In this document: piece after piece, positions 7,932-16,826 of the stretch | Numbering within the stretch: position 1 is the stretch's first letter | Layout of the letters: each line of letters opens with the position of its first letter | Source: a virus | Taxonomy: Duplodnaviria > Caudoviricetes | DNA length: 38,911 bases | Direction: 5' to 3' (one strand) | IMG/VR virus record: IMGVR_UViG_3300045454_000142 | Coordinates: 1 to 38,911 of that record | Translations under genes and position numbers: made by a program | The notes under the pieces: model-generated | What the model was told of the DNA's origin: nothing | The model's database searches: none | What the model saw: the letters and a program-made list of their open reading frames with translations, nothing else

Positions 7932-10832
7932 TCAGAGTCCCAATAGCTGGCGCACTTCCGCGCCGTGTTGTTGCAGGTAAACCATGAAGTGCTCCTGGCC
8001 GGCCTTGCCCCAGGCCATGCCGGCGACGTCCTCGGGGCGCTGTACGGCGTAGAGGTTCACACCGTTCTTGATGGTGGTGCTGCTCTTGGCCGGCTCGGCC
8101 AGGCGGGTGTTGCCCAGGCTTGGCGCCGGCAGGGCCGGTGCCGGCGCACCAGCCAGGCCGCCGGTGTTGTGTCGGGCCCAGCGCGACATGGCCCAGTCAT
8201 CGAGCGCGGCCAGGCCGCGGGCGTTGAAGTCGTGCAGGAAGTTCAGCGCACCGGGCTGCTGCACTACGGCGGCACGGGTGACGAACTCGTAGTTGGAGAG
8301 CCAGGTGGGGATGCTGTCGCTGGTGGTCGTTCCAGGGCCCAGGACGTGGCCACCCTCGGCGAAGCCGAACGCCCCGGTATAGGCCCCGGCACCTGCCGCG
8401 CCGCCGGCGCCGCCGAACATCGAGAGCAAGCCCAAGCCGCCAGCACCCGCACCTGCGCCTGCCGAGCCTGCGCTGGCCGCTGCCAGGCTCGCAGCAGCGG
8501 CCTGGATGGCTGCAGCACCGGTCACCAGGGTGGCACCTGCGGCGCTGAGCGCGCCGGCGGACGTGGTAACGGCTGCGGCGCCGGTGGCCAGCTCCGCACC
8601 TTGCTGGCCGCCGCCACCGAACAGCCCCATAACGCTATTGGTCAGCCCCTCGGCGATGTTGCGCGCGGCCATCTGCGCCAGTGCATCGGCCACGCTCTGG
8701 CCCAAGGCAGTCACGGCCTCGCGCAGATTCATGGTGCCAGTTGCCAGGCCAGACAGCGCCGAGGTCAGGCCGCCCTCGATGCCGGTGCGCAGGGTCTCCT
8801 GCAGGAGCGTCAGGGTTGTGCGCAAATTGGCGGCGTGAGCGTCCAGCTGATCCAGTGTGCGCTGGGCGGCTTCGCCGATGGCGCCGGGCATTTTCGCCAT
8901 CTCTTCCAGGTCCGGGCGGATCTCTTTCAGCTTGTCGCCGGTGGCGCGATGGATCTCCAGGATTCGTTCGCGAGCCCCGGCCTCGCTCAGCAGCCCTGCC
9001 TGCTGCTCGGTACGGACAGACTGTTCCTGGCGACTTTGCTCGTTGAGCACGTCGTCGAATCGCTTCTGGATCTCGTTGAAGCGGATCTGCGCCTGCTCGA
9101 CGTTCACCAGGCCGTCGATGATGGCGATGCCCGCCGTGTCGCCGCGCTCGCGCAGGCGGGTCATCAGCTCGCCATAGCGCTGCTCGATCTCGATGGTCAG
9201 CGCCTCGGCGTCGCGGCCCTCGGCGCGCAGCAGCTGGGCGCGCAGCCCGGCGATCTGCTTGGCATCGGCATCGAGCTGCTGCTTGCGCTCCTCGGCAGCG
9301 ATCACCGCCTGGGCGGCAATGGCGCGATCGCGCAGCGCCCCGGTCAGGCCCTTCTCGGCCAGCTCGTAGGCTCGCACCTGGTCGGTGCTCAGGCCGATCA
9401 GCGCGGCGCTGCGCTCAAGGCCGCGCACGTACTGTTCCTGCTGGCGGGTCTGCTGCTGACTGGCCTGCGCGGCGGCCTTGCTGGCCTCGGTGCTCGCGCG
9501 CTTGGCGTCGATTTCCTGGGCGTAGCGCAGCAACTCCTCTTGCTGCTCAGGCTTGAGCTTGCCCAGCTCCCCCTGCTCGATGGCGTAACGCACGCGCGCG
9601 GCTTCACCGACCATGCCAAAGGTTTCAGCCTGTTTTTTCAGGTTGGCAAGAAGTTTGTCGTACTCCTTGTTCGCAGCCTTGACCTCTTCGGTCTCCGCAG
9701 TAACGGGAATTTCTACGGCCTGCTTGATCGGGGCATTGCGCAGCACGTCCTCGATGCGCTTGATCTCGGCACGGATCTCATCGTCGCTGACAAAGCTGAT
9801 CAGGCCGTCCTCGCCGAAGAAGCGCAGGCGCTCGCCGAGGTTGAACAGGCTGTCATCAGCGAGCAGGCCGCGCAGGTCTTCGAGGCGCTGCTGCAGGCCT
9901 TCCACGTTCGAGTCAGCGACGTCGACGCCGAGGCGGCCAAGGAAGGCAAGGAAGTTTCCGCCCTCGGCCGCTGCCGCCGCCAGCGACCCAGTCAATCGCA
10001 CCAGGCTGCTGACAAGCGAATCGACACCCTGCGCGGTAGCCGGGTCGCTCAGCACCCGGGTTAGTTTCTCGATCTCGGCGGCCGACTCCTTGAGCCCACC
10101 CTTGGCCTCCAGCAAGTCGCCAAACGCGTTCTTCAGCGCCTGGATACTGCCACCCAAGGTTTCGCGAGCCGCGCGGGCGCTGCCGCCCATCTGAGTTTCC
10201 AGCTCGGCCAGAATCATCTTCTGCGCATCGACGATGCGGCCGGACTCGACCAGGGTCTTGATCTGCTCTTTCTGCTGTTCGGTGAACTGCACGCCAACGC
10301 GCGACAATGCGGCCACGCCCTGGATGGGGTCGTTGAGCGCCTTGCCCAGCTGGATGGCCGAAGACTTGAGGTCTTGACCCATGGCGGTGCTCATGTCGAG
10401 CACCGTCTCCAGGGCGCGGGGGAACACCTCGCGGCCGATCTTGGTGAACGTCAGCAGCAGTGACTGCGCCGGGATCACCGCCTCGTCGCCGTAGGTGGTC
10501 ACCTGCTGCATGGCGCTGGCCATCTCCAGCAGTTCGTCGCGGGTCAGGCCAGCGGCACCCTGAGTAGAGCGAAGGGTTTGTTCAAGCTGAGCAGTTACAC
10601 GCTCCTGCTCGATGGTGGCGCTGATCACCGCCTTGTAAACGGCGCCGCCTGCAAAGGCAGCAACGACATTGCCGATGGTCTTGCCCAGCTTCTCCATGTC
10701 GCGGCTGGACGACTGGGCCTGCTGGCCGTTGGCCTCGACGGCGCCCTCCAGCTGCTTCAGCTCACCGATCGCCTGCTGCAGGTCGGCGCGGATGCGCATT
10801 GCCAGTTCGAGGTTTTTGCCTGCCAGAGCCAT
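7932..10832 (-). CDS. Tail tape measure protein
   Basis: 966 aa Ala/Gln-rich helical protein; QLGKALNDP; C-terminal FAEGGHVLGPGTTTSDSIP..LSN.EFV. Confidence 0.92.
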   Translation of the reverse strand: MALAGKNLELAMRIRADLQQAIGELKQLEGAVEANGQQAQSSSRDMEKLGKTIGNVVAAFAGGAVYKAVISATIEQERVTAQLEQTLRSTQGAAGLTRDELLEMASAMQQVTTYGDEAVIPAQSLLLTFTKIGREVFPRALETVLDMSTAMGQDLKSSAIQLGKALNDPIQGVAALSRVGVQFTEQQKEQIKTLVESGRIVDAQKMILAELETQMGGSARAARETLGGSIQALKNAFGDLLEAKGGLKESAAEIEKLTRVLSDPATAQGVDSLVSSLVRLTGSLAAAAAEGGNFLAFLGRLGVDVADSNVEGLQQRLEDLRGLLADDSLFNLGERLRFFGEDGLISFVSDDEIRAEIKRIEDVLRNAPIKQAVEIPVTAETEEVKAANKEYDKLLANLKKQAETFGMVGEAARVRYAIEQGELGKLKPEQQEELLRYAQEIDAKRASTEASKAAAQASQQQTRQQEQYVRGLERSAALIGLSTDQVRAYELAEKGLTGALRDRAIAAQAVIAAEERKQQLDADAKQIAGLRAQLLRAEGRDAEALTIEIEQRYGELMTRLRERGDTAGIAIIDGLVNVEQAQIRFNEIQKRFDDVLNEQSRQEQSVRTEQQAGLLSEAGARERILEIHRATGDKLKEIRPDLEEMAKMPGAIGEAAQRTLDQLDAHAANLRTTLTLLQETLRTGIEGGLTSALSGLATGTMNLREAVTALGQSVADALAQMAARNIAEGLTNSVMGLFGGGGQQGAELATGAAAVTTSAGALSAAGATLVTGAAAIQAAAASLAAASAGSAGAGAGAGGLGLLSMFGGAGGAAGAGAYTGAFGFAEGGHVLGPGTTTSDSIPTWLSNYEFVTRAAVVQQPGALNFLHDFNARGLAALDDWAMSRWARHNTGGLAGAPAPALPAPSLGNTRLAEPAKSSTTIKNGVNLYAVQRPEDVAGMAWGKAGQEHFMVYLQQHGAEVRQLLGL

Positions 10833-10864
10833 GGGGTTCGGTCACATAGAGGGGATGTGCCGCC

Positions 10865-10909
10865 ATGCTCGCGCGCGCGAGGTGAGATGTAATTTTGACG
10901 AGGCAAAAA
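10865..10909 (-). promoter_or_regulatory. Late promoter of the tape-measure operon (activator box plus -10 GAGCAT)
   Basis: Box GTAATTTTGACGAGGCAAAAA at 10889-10909, one of three copies; nAnnnT hexamer 18 nt downstream on the minus strand. Confidence 0.75.
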
Positions 10910-10929
10910 CAAACCGCCCGAAGGCGGTT
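10904..10929 (-). terminator. Intrinsic terminator after the tail chaperone genes
   Basis: Minus strand AACCGCC-TTCG-GGCGGTT followed by TGTTTTT; C(UUCG)G tetraloop. Confidence 0.85.
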
Positions 10930-11205
10930 CTAGTTGCGCTGCAGCAGCTTGAAGTGCTCGTTGGCTTCCTTGGCGCTTGCGCCTGCCTTGTTCATATCAA
11001 TGAAGTTCTGGGCCCGCTCCAGGTTGCGGCGACGGAGTTGGGCATTGTAGTGCAGCAGGATCTGGCGTTGCGTCATGCGTCCGATGCGCTCGGCATCGCC
11101 GTAGCCGGCCGAGATCAGGACGGCGTAGACGTCGCTCCAGCGCGGCGCATGGCCCGTAGCCTTTCGCTGAGCAGCTGGCCCGCTGCACTGCGCACGAAAA
11201 AAGGG
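10930..11205 (-). CDS. Tail assembly chaperone, frameshifted C-terminal part (gpT-like)
   Basis: Open -1 frame entered at the slippery CCCTTTTTTC (11196-11205). Confidence 0.75.
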   Translation of the reverse strand, partial: PFFRAQCSGPAAQRKATGHAPRWSDVYAVLISAGYGDAERIGRMTQRQILLHYNAQLRRRNLERAQNFIDMNKAGASAKEANEHFKLLQRN

Positions 11206-11582
11206 CCGATTACCCCCCACCACACCAGCATCAGGTTGTGGCCATCCTCATGCCCAAGGCTGGCGACCCATTCAACGGGCTGATCGCATGCGACTGCCAT
11301 CAGCTGCGGCAGCGCCTCGGCATGCTCGACCAGCAGATCCAGGATCTGCTCCAGGTCGGGCAACTCGCCCTCGGCCAGCACCGGCTTCAGGGTCTCGATC
11401 AGCGGCGCATACAGCGGCCGCAGCTTGAGACCCTCGACGAAGCCATACTCGCGCACCACCAACTGGCGTCCGGCGATGGTGACCCCGCGCTCCGGGTGGA
11501 GCACTTCCAGGTCATCGGCGCCAGGAGCCGGCTTGTGTGCCGCCGGCGCGCGTGGTTTGTCCGGGTCGCGCTTGCTCGCCAT
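11115..11582 (-). CDS. Tail assembly chaperone (gpG-like)
   Basis: Between tail tube and tape measure; DDLEVLHPER..VREYGFVEGL. Confidence 0.8.
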   Translation of the reverse strand: MASKRDPDKPRAPAAHKPAPGADDLEVLHPERGVTIAGRQLVVREYGFVEGLKLRPLYAPLIETLKPVLAEGELPDLEQILDLLVEHAEALPQLMAVACDQPVEWVASLGHEDGHNLMLVWWGVIGPFFVRSAAGQLLSERLRAMRRAGATSTPS

Positions 11583-11585
11583 TGC

Positions 11586-12344
11586 TTAGACCTCTTCCGG
11601 CAGCTGCACGCGGGCGAAGCCACCCAGGTTGGCGTTCTGGAAGTTGGTGGCGTCGAACAGGATGTCGCCGGCCAGGTTGAGGTTGCCCAGGCTGTCGGTG
11701 ATCAACGACAGATCCGACACCGGGTCGAACTTCATCCGGTACACCGTAACCCGCACACGCTCGTCGTCGACGGTGTTGATGCCGTCCAGCACGCCGTAAC
11801 GCTCCACGTTGTTCAGCTTGAACATCGCCAGGTTGACGTAGGCCGCATGCGTGTAGGCCGCCGAGAACGGCTGCACCAGGGTGGCCGGATTGAGAATCTC
11901 GATCAGGCCACCCGGTGCGGATTCGATGCGGTAGTGCGTGCCCAGCACCAACGGCGTCGGGGTCGGCGTGGCGGCGTCGGTCAGGGTCAGGGCGCTGATG
12001 CGCGGGTGGTCGAGCATCACCACGTCGCCGGCGACCAGGCCCGGCGGCAGCGCTTCGCCAGTCACCGAGCCAGTGGTCACAGCCTGTGCCTCGGTCTGCA
12101 GGGCCAGCGCCAGGTTGGCGGCGGTTGCGGCGTTGAGCACCAGGGAGAAGCGCGCTTTCTTAGCCTTAGGAATGGTCACCGAGGTCAGTCGCTGACCGCT
12201 CCAGGACTCCTGGCGCTCTTCCTTGTCGACAGTGAGCTGGATGCCCAGGGTGCTGGCGTCATCGACCCAGCGCAGTTTGCCCGGCTTGCCGTTGCTCAGC
12301 CGATTGCCGAGGAACACTTTGCCGTTGAAGGAAAAGTCTTTCAT
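11586..12344 (-). CDS. Major tail tube protein
   Basis: 252 aa; FSFNGKVFLG, ESWSGQR, DGINT motifs; synteny. Confidence 0.85.
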   Translation of the reverse strand: MKDFSFNGKVFLGNRLSNGKPGKLRWVDDASTLGIQLTVDKEERQESWSGQRLTSVTIPKAKKARFSLVLNAATAANLALALQTEAQAVTTGSVTGEALPPGLVAGDVVMLDHPRISALTLTDAATPTPTPLVLGTHYRIESAPGGLIEILNPATLVQPFSAAYTHAAYVNLAMFKLNNVERYGVLDGINTVDDERVRVTVYRMKFDPVSDLSLITDSLGNLNLAGDILFDATNFQNANLGGFARVQLPEEV

Positions 12345-12524
12345 TTACTTGCTCTCCTTGGGGGCCGCCACCGCGATGATCTCCTGGGCAATCAGCCAGG
12401 CCTTTTCGCGTTCGTTGACCTCGATCACGGCGTCGACGGCATGCTCGATGCCCTGGTGGGTGTGCTTCTTCAGCAGCTTCACTTTTTCCAGCTTGGCCGG
12501 AGCGGCCTTTTCTTCGGTGCTCAT
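12345..12524 (-). CDS. Small virion-associated protein (59 aa)
   Basis: VKLLKKHTHQG..IEV..AWLI pattern; ATG overlaps the upstream stop. Confidence 0.65.
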   Translation of the reverse strand: MSTEEKAAPAKLEKVKLLKKHTHQGIEHAVDAVIEVNEREKAWLIAQEIIAVAAPKESK

Positions 12525-12964
12525 GGGGCTCCCCCGATGATCTGTTGGGTTTGGTACACGTCGGTCCATAGCAATGTGCTGGCGTCGTAATCCAGCACGT
12601 CGCCCTGGATAAAGCGGCAGGGCCTGGCACCCGGTACACCGGGCTGCCAACCCATCAACGCAGCGCGAGTCTTGCCCAGCAGTGGCTTGATTTCGTCCAC
12701 CACCTCGCCGCCTCGGGTATCTCGGTAGTTGCTCACCACCAGCACCACAGCAAAGGTCACCAGCAGGCGCTGAGTGCCACGGCCTGGCTTGGGGTCTTCT
12801 CCATCAGCGCGCTCGCGTACCAGCAGCGCGAAGGCGGAAGGGCTGCGGAAGTCGCGCAGGCTGGTCACCGCTCCGTACTCGGCCACGCCCTCGACGCTCT
12901 GCAGCTCGGGCACCTCGGCGCGTAGCCGGTCGATGACCAGTTTGATGTCGAAAGGGGCGCTCAT
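12521..12964 (-). CDS. Tail terminator / completion protein (Mu gp37-like)
   Basis: Synteny; RAALMGWQP motif. Confidence 0.75.
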   Translation of the reverse strand: MSAPFDIKLVIDRLRAEVPELQSVEGVAEYGAVTSLRDFRSPSAFALLVRERADGEDPKPGRGTQRLLVTFAVVLVVSNYRDTRGGEVVDEIKPLLGKTRAALMGWQPGVPGARPCRFIQGDVLDYDASTLLWTDVYQTQQIIGGAP

Positions 12965-12965
12965 C

Positions 12966-13475
12966 TCAGAAGTCCTTCAGCGTGTCGCCGCTGAACACGC
13001 GGGGCGGCTTGCTGAACTCAGGCGCGCCGCTGCTTGGTGGTGTCAGCGGGTCTTCCTGGCCCAGGCTGAATTTGCCGTCCGCCACCAGCTGCAGAAACTT
13101 CAGCGCGTCGCGGTAATCGCGCACGATGGGGTCATTCTGCTCACCAGTGAGGCGCTCCTGGTGCAGGCTGTAGCGAATGATCGCCCTGGCCCAGCGAGTG
13201 ACAATGCCGTAGCGCCTGGTCAGCGGCAGCGGGTAGCCGCGCCGAGCCAGGAAGCCGTCGATGTAGCCCTGGGCGTCATTGACAGCCGCCACGATCACAT
13301 CGAGGGCGGCGGTGGCCACCTCGATGTCACCGGCCGGCCAGGCGCTGAGATCCTGCTCGCGCAGCATGGCATCGAGCAGATCTGGCTTGGCGGCCTGCAG
13401 GCGACGGGGCGTGGCTACCTGAGCCAGCTCCTTGGCGCCCGGTTGCTCGGCCAGCTCGACCAGGGTGATGTACAT
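12966..13475 (-). CDS. Head-tail adaptor (Mu gp36 / DUF1320-like)
   Basis: MYIT..IDGFL..YPLPL..RYSLH..YRDALKFLQLVADGKFSLG. Confidence 0.85.
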   Translation of the reverse strand: MYITLVELAEQPGAKELAQVATPRRLQAAKPDLLDAMLREQDLSAWPAGDIEVATAALDVIVAAVNDAQGYIDGFLARRGYPLPLTRRYGIVTRWARAIIRYSLHQERLTGEQNDPIVRDYRDALKFLQLVADGKFSLGQEDPLTPPSSGAPEFSKPPRVFSGDTLKDF

Positions 13476-13477
13476 GC

Positions 13478-14002
13478 TTACGCGTCCTCCAGGATCGCGC
13501 CGAGCAGCAGCAAAGCGCGAGCCTGCTCGGGGTCTGCGAACTCGATCGGCTCGCCGAAGGTGTAGCTCTCGCCGTCGTGGTCAAGCCGCTCGCGGTTGAC
13601 GGTGTACACACCGCGCGACACCACGACCGTTTCGGCCTCGATCAGCTGCACCAGCTCGGCCACGGGCAAGGTGTCATGCCCGGCGATATCCATGTCCTGG
13701 GCCAGCTTGCGCAACTGCTCCTCGGGCAACTGATGCAGCTCCAGGACGTTGCCGGCCTGGTCGACGACGCCGGCCAGGTTGCCGAGCTGCTCGCCCGGAT
13801 TGAGAGGTTGGGCTTCCTGCCCCGTGGTTTCGCCGGGTCCGTTGCCGGCCGTGTCACCGCCCGCAGGCGGAACGCTCTCGGTAGGTTGTGCGGTGCTGCC
13901 CGGCGCTAGTTCGGCACCCGGCTTTTGTTCGGTAGTGGGCTCGGCGATCGACGCCTGTGCGGCGATGCTAATCCCCGTTTCCGCTGCTTTCTTTTTCGAC
14001 AT
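13478..14002 (-). CDS. Head-associated protein with a disordered N-terminus and a HeH/Rho-N-like helical domain
   Basis: LHQLPEEQLRKLAQDMDI..LPVAELVQLI; position after capsid gene. Confidence 0.6.
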   Translation of the reverse strand: MSKKKAAETGISIAAQASIAEPTTEQKPGAELAPGSTAQPTESVPPAGGDTAGNGPGETTGQEAQPLNPGEQLGNLAGVVDQAGNVLELHQLPEEQLRKLAQDMDIAGHDTLPVAELVQLIEAETVVVSRGVYTVNRERLDHDGESYTFGEPIEFADPEQARALLLLGAILEDA

Positions 14003-14017
14003 GATGCTCGCCTCAAC

Positions 14018-14037
14018 GGGCGGCCCGCGGGCCGCCC
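14018..14037. repeat. Perfect 20-bp GC palindrome after the capsid gene (mRNA stabiliser or weak terminator)
   Basis: GGGCGGCCCGCGGGCCGCCC with no U-tract. Confidence 0.65.
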
Positions 14038-14046
14038 TGGTCAGGT

Positions 14047-14976
14047 TCAGTTGGCAACGGCGTTCTCGAAGAAGTAGCCGAGGTCAGACGCCGTGATCAG
14101 CTCCTTGACCGACTCGCCCACCCGCACACGCTCGCCGCCGCGCAGGCCGATATCGCCATCGCGTTGCGAACCGGAGATGCGGTCGCCCCACTGGGCGGTA
14201 AGGCCGAAGGTGGTACCGCTACGGGTGTCGGCCAGGCGGTCGCGGTAGATGAACGACGCATGCGGCCCCCATACGCGAGCCAGGTTGGCGGCTTGGCCAG
14301 GTCGGGCGATGTTCAGGCGCGCCTCACCGACGTAGATCGCTTCCAGTTCCAGCAGGTCGGCGAGGAATGCCATCGGCACCATGCCTTCATCGCCCAGCGA
14401 ACCGTTGTAAGCCTTGACCACTTTGGGGTGGCGGCGCAGCCAGGTACTGGTGCGGCGGCCCAGCACACCGATGTTCGGGCGCATCACCACCGAATCCAGC
14501 GCGTCGGTGATAGCCGGGATCGGGTTGCTGTCGGCGTGGCTCCACTGGCTGGTGCCACTGAGCGTGGTCTTGTTGCCGGTGGCATAACTGTTGTTGTTGA
14601 ACACGGTGCTGGCGCAGCGCAGCTCACGATCCAGCAGGATCAGGTTGGTGGTCTGCTCCACCGCCTTGCCCAGCGGGTCGTAGTTGGCAGGCGCGTTATC
14701 GATATCCGCCTGCGGCACCGGAGAATCCAGGCCATGGTCCTCGGTACTGGAGGTTTCTTCGCTGGCCGAGAACTCGACCTGGTTCGGCGCCGACTTACGA
14801 CCTACCTTGGTATCCGGCACGGTGAAGCCTTCGCGCAGGTCGTGCTTCCAGTACTTGAACTCTTGCTTGCCCACCGGCACGCGCGGCAGCACGTCGTCGG
14901 CAATCAGTCGGGTATTGCGGTAGGCGATGGCGATCGCCGTCAGTGCGGGATCGATTGGAAACGGTGCGTTGCTCAT
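14047..14976 (-). CDS. Major capsid protein
   Basis: 309 aa; DPALTAIAIAYRN..IADDVLPRVPV, C-terminal GYFFENAV. Confidence 0.9.
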   Translation of the reverse strand: MSNAPFPIDPALTAIAIAYRNTRLIADDVLPRVPVGKQEFKYWKHDLREGFTVPDTKVGRKSAPNQVEFSASEETSSTEDHGLDSPVPQADIDNAPANYDPLGKAVEQTTNLILLDRELRCASTVFNNNSYATGNKTTLSGTSQWSHADSNPIPAITDALDSVVMRPNIGVLGRRTSTWLRRHPKVVKAYNGSLGDEGMVPMAFLADLLELEAIYVGEARLNIARPGQAANLARVWGPHASFIYRDRLADTRSGTTFGLTAQWGDRISGSQRDGDIGLRGGERVRVGESVKELITASDLGYFFENAVAN

Positions 14977-14986
14977 GTGCTGCTCC

Positions 14987-15367
14987 TTAAGCGTTCATGG
15001 CCAGGAGGCCAGGCGCGATGTGAACGGAACCGATATCGCCCACCACACCGCTCACCTCGGCAAAGCCGATGATGTAGGTGTTGGCCGCGATCGGCAGGGT
15101 GGCGGCGATGGCGCGGCCGCTGGAATCAGCGGTCAGCGCGGCACCACGGGTCACCGTGCCGCCGTACTCGACATCGGCCAGGCCGTTGCGGATGGCATCG
15201 ACGACGCCGCCCGAGGCGGTGTCGATATCGGTGCTCACCCCCAACAGGCGGGCAGTACTGCCAGCGGCCTGGATGGCAACGCCATCGGCGGCGCCGTCAG
15301 TGAGGATGCGGCGCTTGGTGATCGCGCCGCCGGCGCGGAATGCGTTCGTGAGTCCGGGAATTTTCAT
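14987..15367 (-). CDS. Capsid decoration/cement protein (DUF2190-like)
   Basis: 126 aa Gly/Ala-rich; VEYGGTVTRGAALTADSSGRA. Confidence 0.8.
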   Translation of the reverse strand: MKIPGLTNAFRAGGAITKRRILTDGAADGVAIQAAGSTARLLGVSTDIDTASGGVVDAIRNGLADVEYGGTVTRGAALTADSSGRAIAATLPIAANTYIIGFAEVSGVVGDIGSVHIAPGLLAMNA

Positions 15368-15816
15368 TACGCCCCCTTGGTGACGTGGGTCACTGCCTGG
15401 CTGATGCTGATCTCGCGGCCAGCCTGGCGTTGCTCGGTTTGATAGGCCGTTGCCTTGGCGGCAATAGCGTTTGCGTCGTCGAGGTCGAGGTCACGACCGT
15501 TGCCGCGACTCTTCTCGGCGAAGTCGACCTGCGGTGGCAGGCTGTCCAGGAACTCGCGCAGTACCTCTTCGCCGCCCTTGGTCACCGTCTGATCGCCCTC
15601 GGCGAACTCCAGCGGCGCCGCCGGCAGGCTGAGCATCAGCTCGACCATGGGCAGTTTCTGGCGCGGCAGCAGCTTGCCCTGGGCCACCAGGCCCTCGGCG
15701 AACTCGGTCGCGGCGGTGCGTTTCTCTTCGGCCTGTTGCGCGGCGATCTTCGCCTCGCTCTCGGCCAGCTTGCGTTCGCGCTCGGCGAGCTGCTGTTCGC
15801 GTTCCTCGACGGACAT
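15367..15816 (-). CDS. Nested in-frame scaffold protein (Mu Z-like)
   Basis: Internal ATG preceded by CAGGAACCAACC; coiled-coil follows; analogy with Mu I/Z. Confidence 0.6.
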   Translation of the reverse strand: MSVEEREQQLAERERKLAESEAKIAAQQAEEKRTAATEFAEGLVAQGKLLPRQKLPMVELMLSLPAAPLEFAEGDQTVTKGGEEVLREFLDSLPPQVDFAEKSRGNGRDLDLDDANAIAAKATAYQTEQRQAGREISISQAVTHVTKGA

Positions 15817-16596
15817 GGTTGGTTCCTGCTGGGTGGGTTGATCGAGCACGTTGGCATCCGCCGCCGACGTGGCCTTGCCACCTCCTGGGGAGGCGTTGTC
15901 GGGCTCGGCCGCAGCGGCGGCAGATGCCGCTGCGGCTTCATCGCCAGCTTCGGTGGGTGATTCGGAGAACGAGGTCGGCATCACCTCGTTGCCGCCATCA
16001 GCACGGCGGCGGGCGTCCTCTTCGATGGACAGCAGCTGCCAGCTGGGGATGATCTGGTCCGCGCGCTCGGCGCCTTCACGCTCGACGAAGTAGTCGCGCA
16101 TCCGGCGGAAGATGTCGGTGAGGCCGCTGACGGCATACGGCAGCTCGGCAAACTCCAGGGCCAGGGCGCCGTCATCCTCGGCGAACTCCAGGGCGGCATC
16201 GGGGATGCCCTTGATCGCCGGCGGCATCGCGCCAAGAAAACCGATGTGGCGCAGGTAGTGCTTGCCCGGCACCGGGTTGCCCGGCGAGTCCGGCAGGTAC
16301 ACCGAGGCCGACCGCTTCTTGTACATCTTGCGGTTGGCCGCTTCGGCGAACTCGGGCACCACCTGGTGCGGCTCGGCGAACAGCATGCCGTCGCGCACGT
16401 CCAGGCTCTTGGCCCAGCCATAAGCAGGGCCGTTGAGTTTGGGGTGACCAATGACGAGGGGTGCCTCGTGCAGGGCGGGATCGTAGGTCTCGGCGATCTC
16501 CTGCAGGATGGCTTCGGTAAATTCCACCGGGCGGCCGTCGAGAGCGGTGTGACGACCGGCAGGCAGAATGGGCAGAGTGGCGGTTGGCTTTTTCAT
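15367..16596 (-). CDS. Prohead protease / scaffold (Mu I-like)
   Basis: APLVIGHP, PAYGW, YLRHIGFLGAMPPAIKG; ATG at 16596. Confidence 0.9.
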   Translation of the reverse strand: MKKPTATLPILPAGRHTALDGRPVEFTEAILQEIAETYDPALHEAPLVIGHPKLNGPAYGWAKSLDVRDGMLFAEPHQVVPEFAEAANRKMYKKRSASVYLPDSPGNPVPGKHYLRHIGFLGAMPPAIKGIPDAALEFAEDDGALALEFAELPYAVSGLTDIFRRMRDYFVEREGAERADQIIPSWQLLSIEEDARRRADGGNEVMPTSFSESPTEAGDEAAAASAAAAAEPDNASPGGGKATSAADANVLDQPTQQEPTMSVEEREQQLAERERKLAESEAKIAAQQAEEKRTAATEFAEGLVAQGKLLPRQKLPMVELMLSLPAAPLEFAEGDQTVTKGGEEVLREFLDSLPPQVDFAEKSRGNGRDLDLDDANAIAAKATAYQTEQRQAGREISISQAVTHVTKGA

Positions 16597-16602
16597 GCAG
16601 CC

Positions 16603-16647
16603 AGAGTGCTGCACCCGATGCCGCCTGTAATTTTGACGGGGCAAAAA
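16603..16647 (-). promoter_or_regulatory. Late promoter of the protease/capsid operon
   Basis: Box GTAATTTTGACGGGGCAAAAA at 16627-16647 and -10-like CACTCT at the shared spacing. Confidence 0.75.
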
Positions 16648-16826
16648 TCTTTAGCCGGGCAGTTTTGCAGCGGTTCGTGCGAATGCTCGCCACTGCCACC
16701 GCGCCTACCGTGTTTATAAACGCCCAAACAGCCCCGGAAAAGGCACGATGCACCCTTGCGCATACAACGGCAGCCCCCAGGGGGGCTTAAAACGCTTCTA
16801 CGGGCCTTTCTGGCGGTTTGCGGTTT

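Noticed and set aside
7965-10064. 699-aa plus-strand ORF, and similar long ORFs at 11238-12590, 20085-22070, 30342-31742 and 32150-33406
   Set aside because: Antisense shadows of high-GC coding genes; no RBS or recognisable motifs
16597-16644. Upstream starts in the ORF track (protease 16644, repressor 26809, Ner-like 26759, 26812, 27512, 33684, 35728, 36755)
   Set aside because: These extensions run through promoters or neighbouring genes; downstream starts have RBSs or coupled stops
16650-16826. Anti-CRISPR/aca locus at the usual D3112-type position
   Set aside because: No credible ORF or HTH aca gene in the interval
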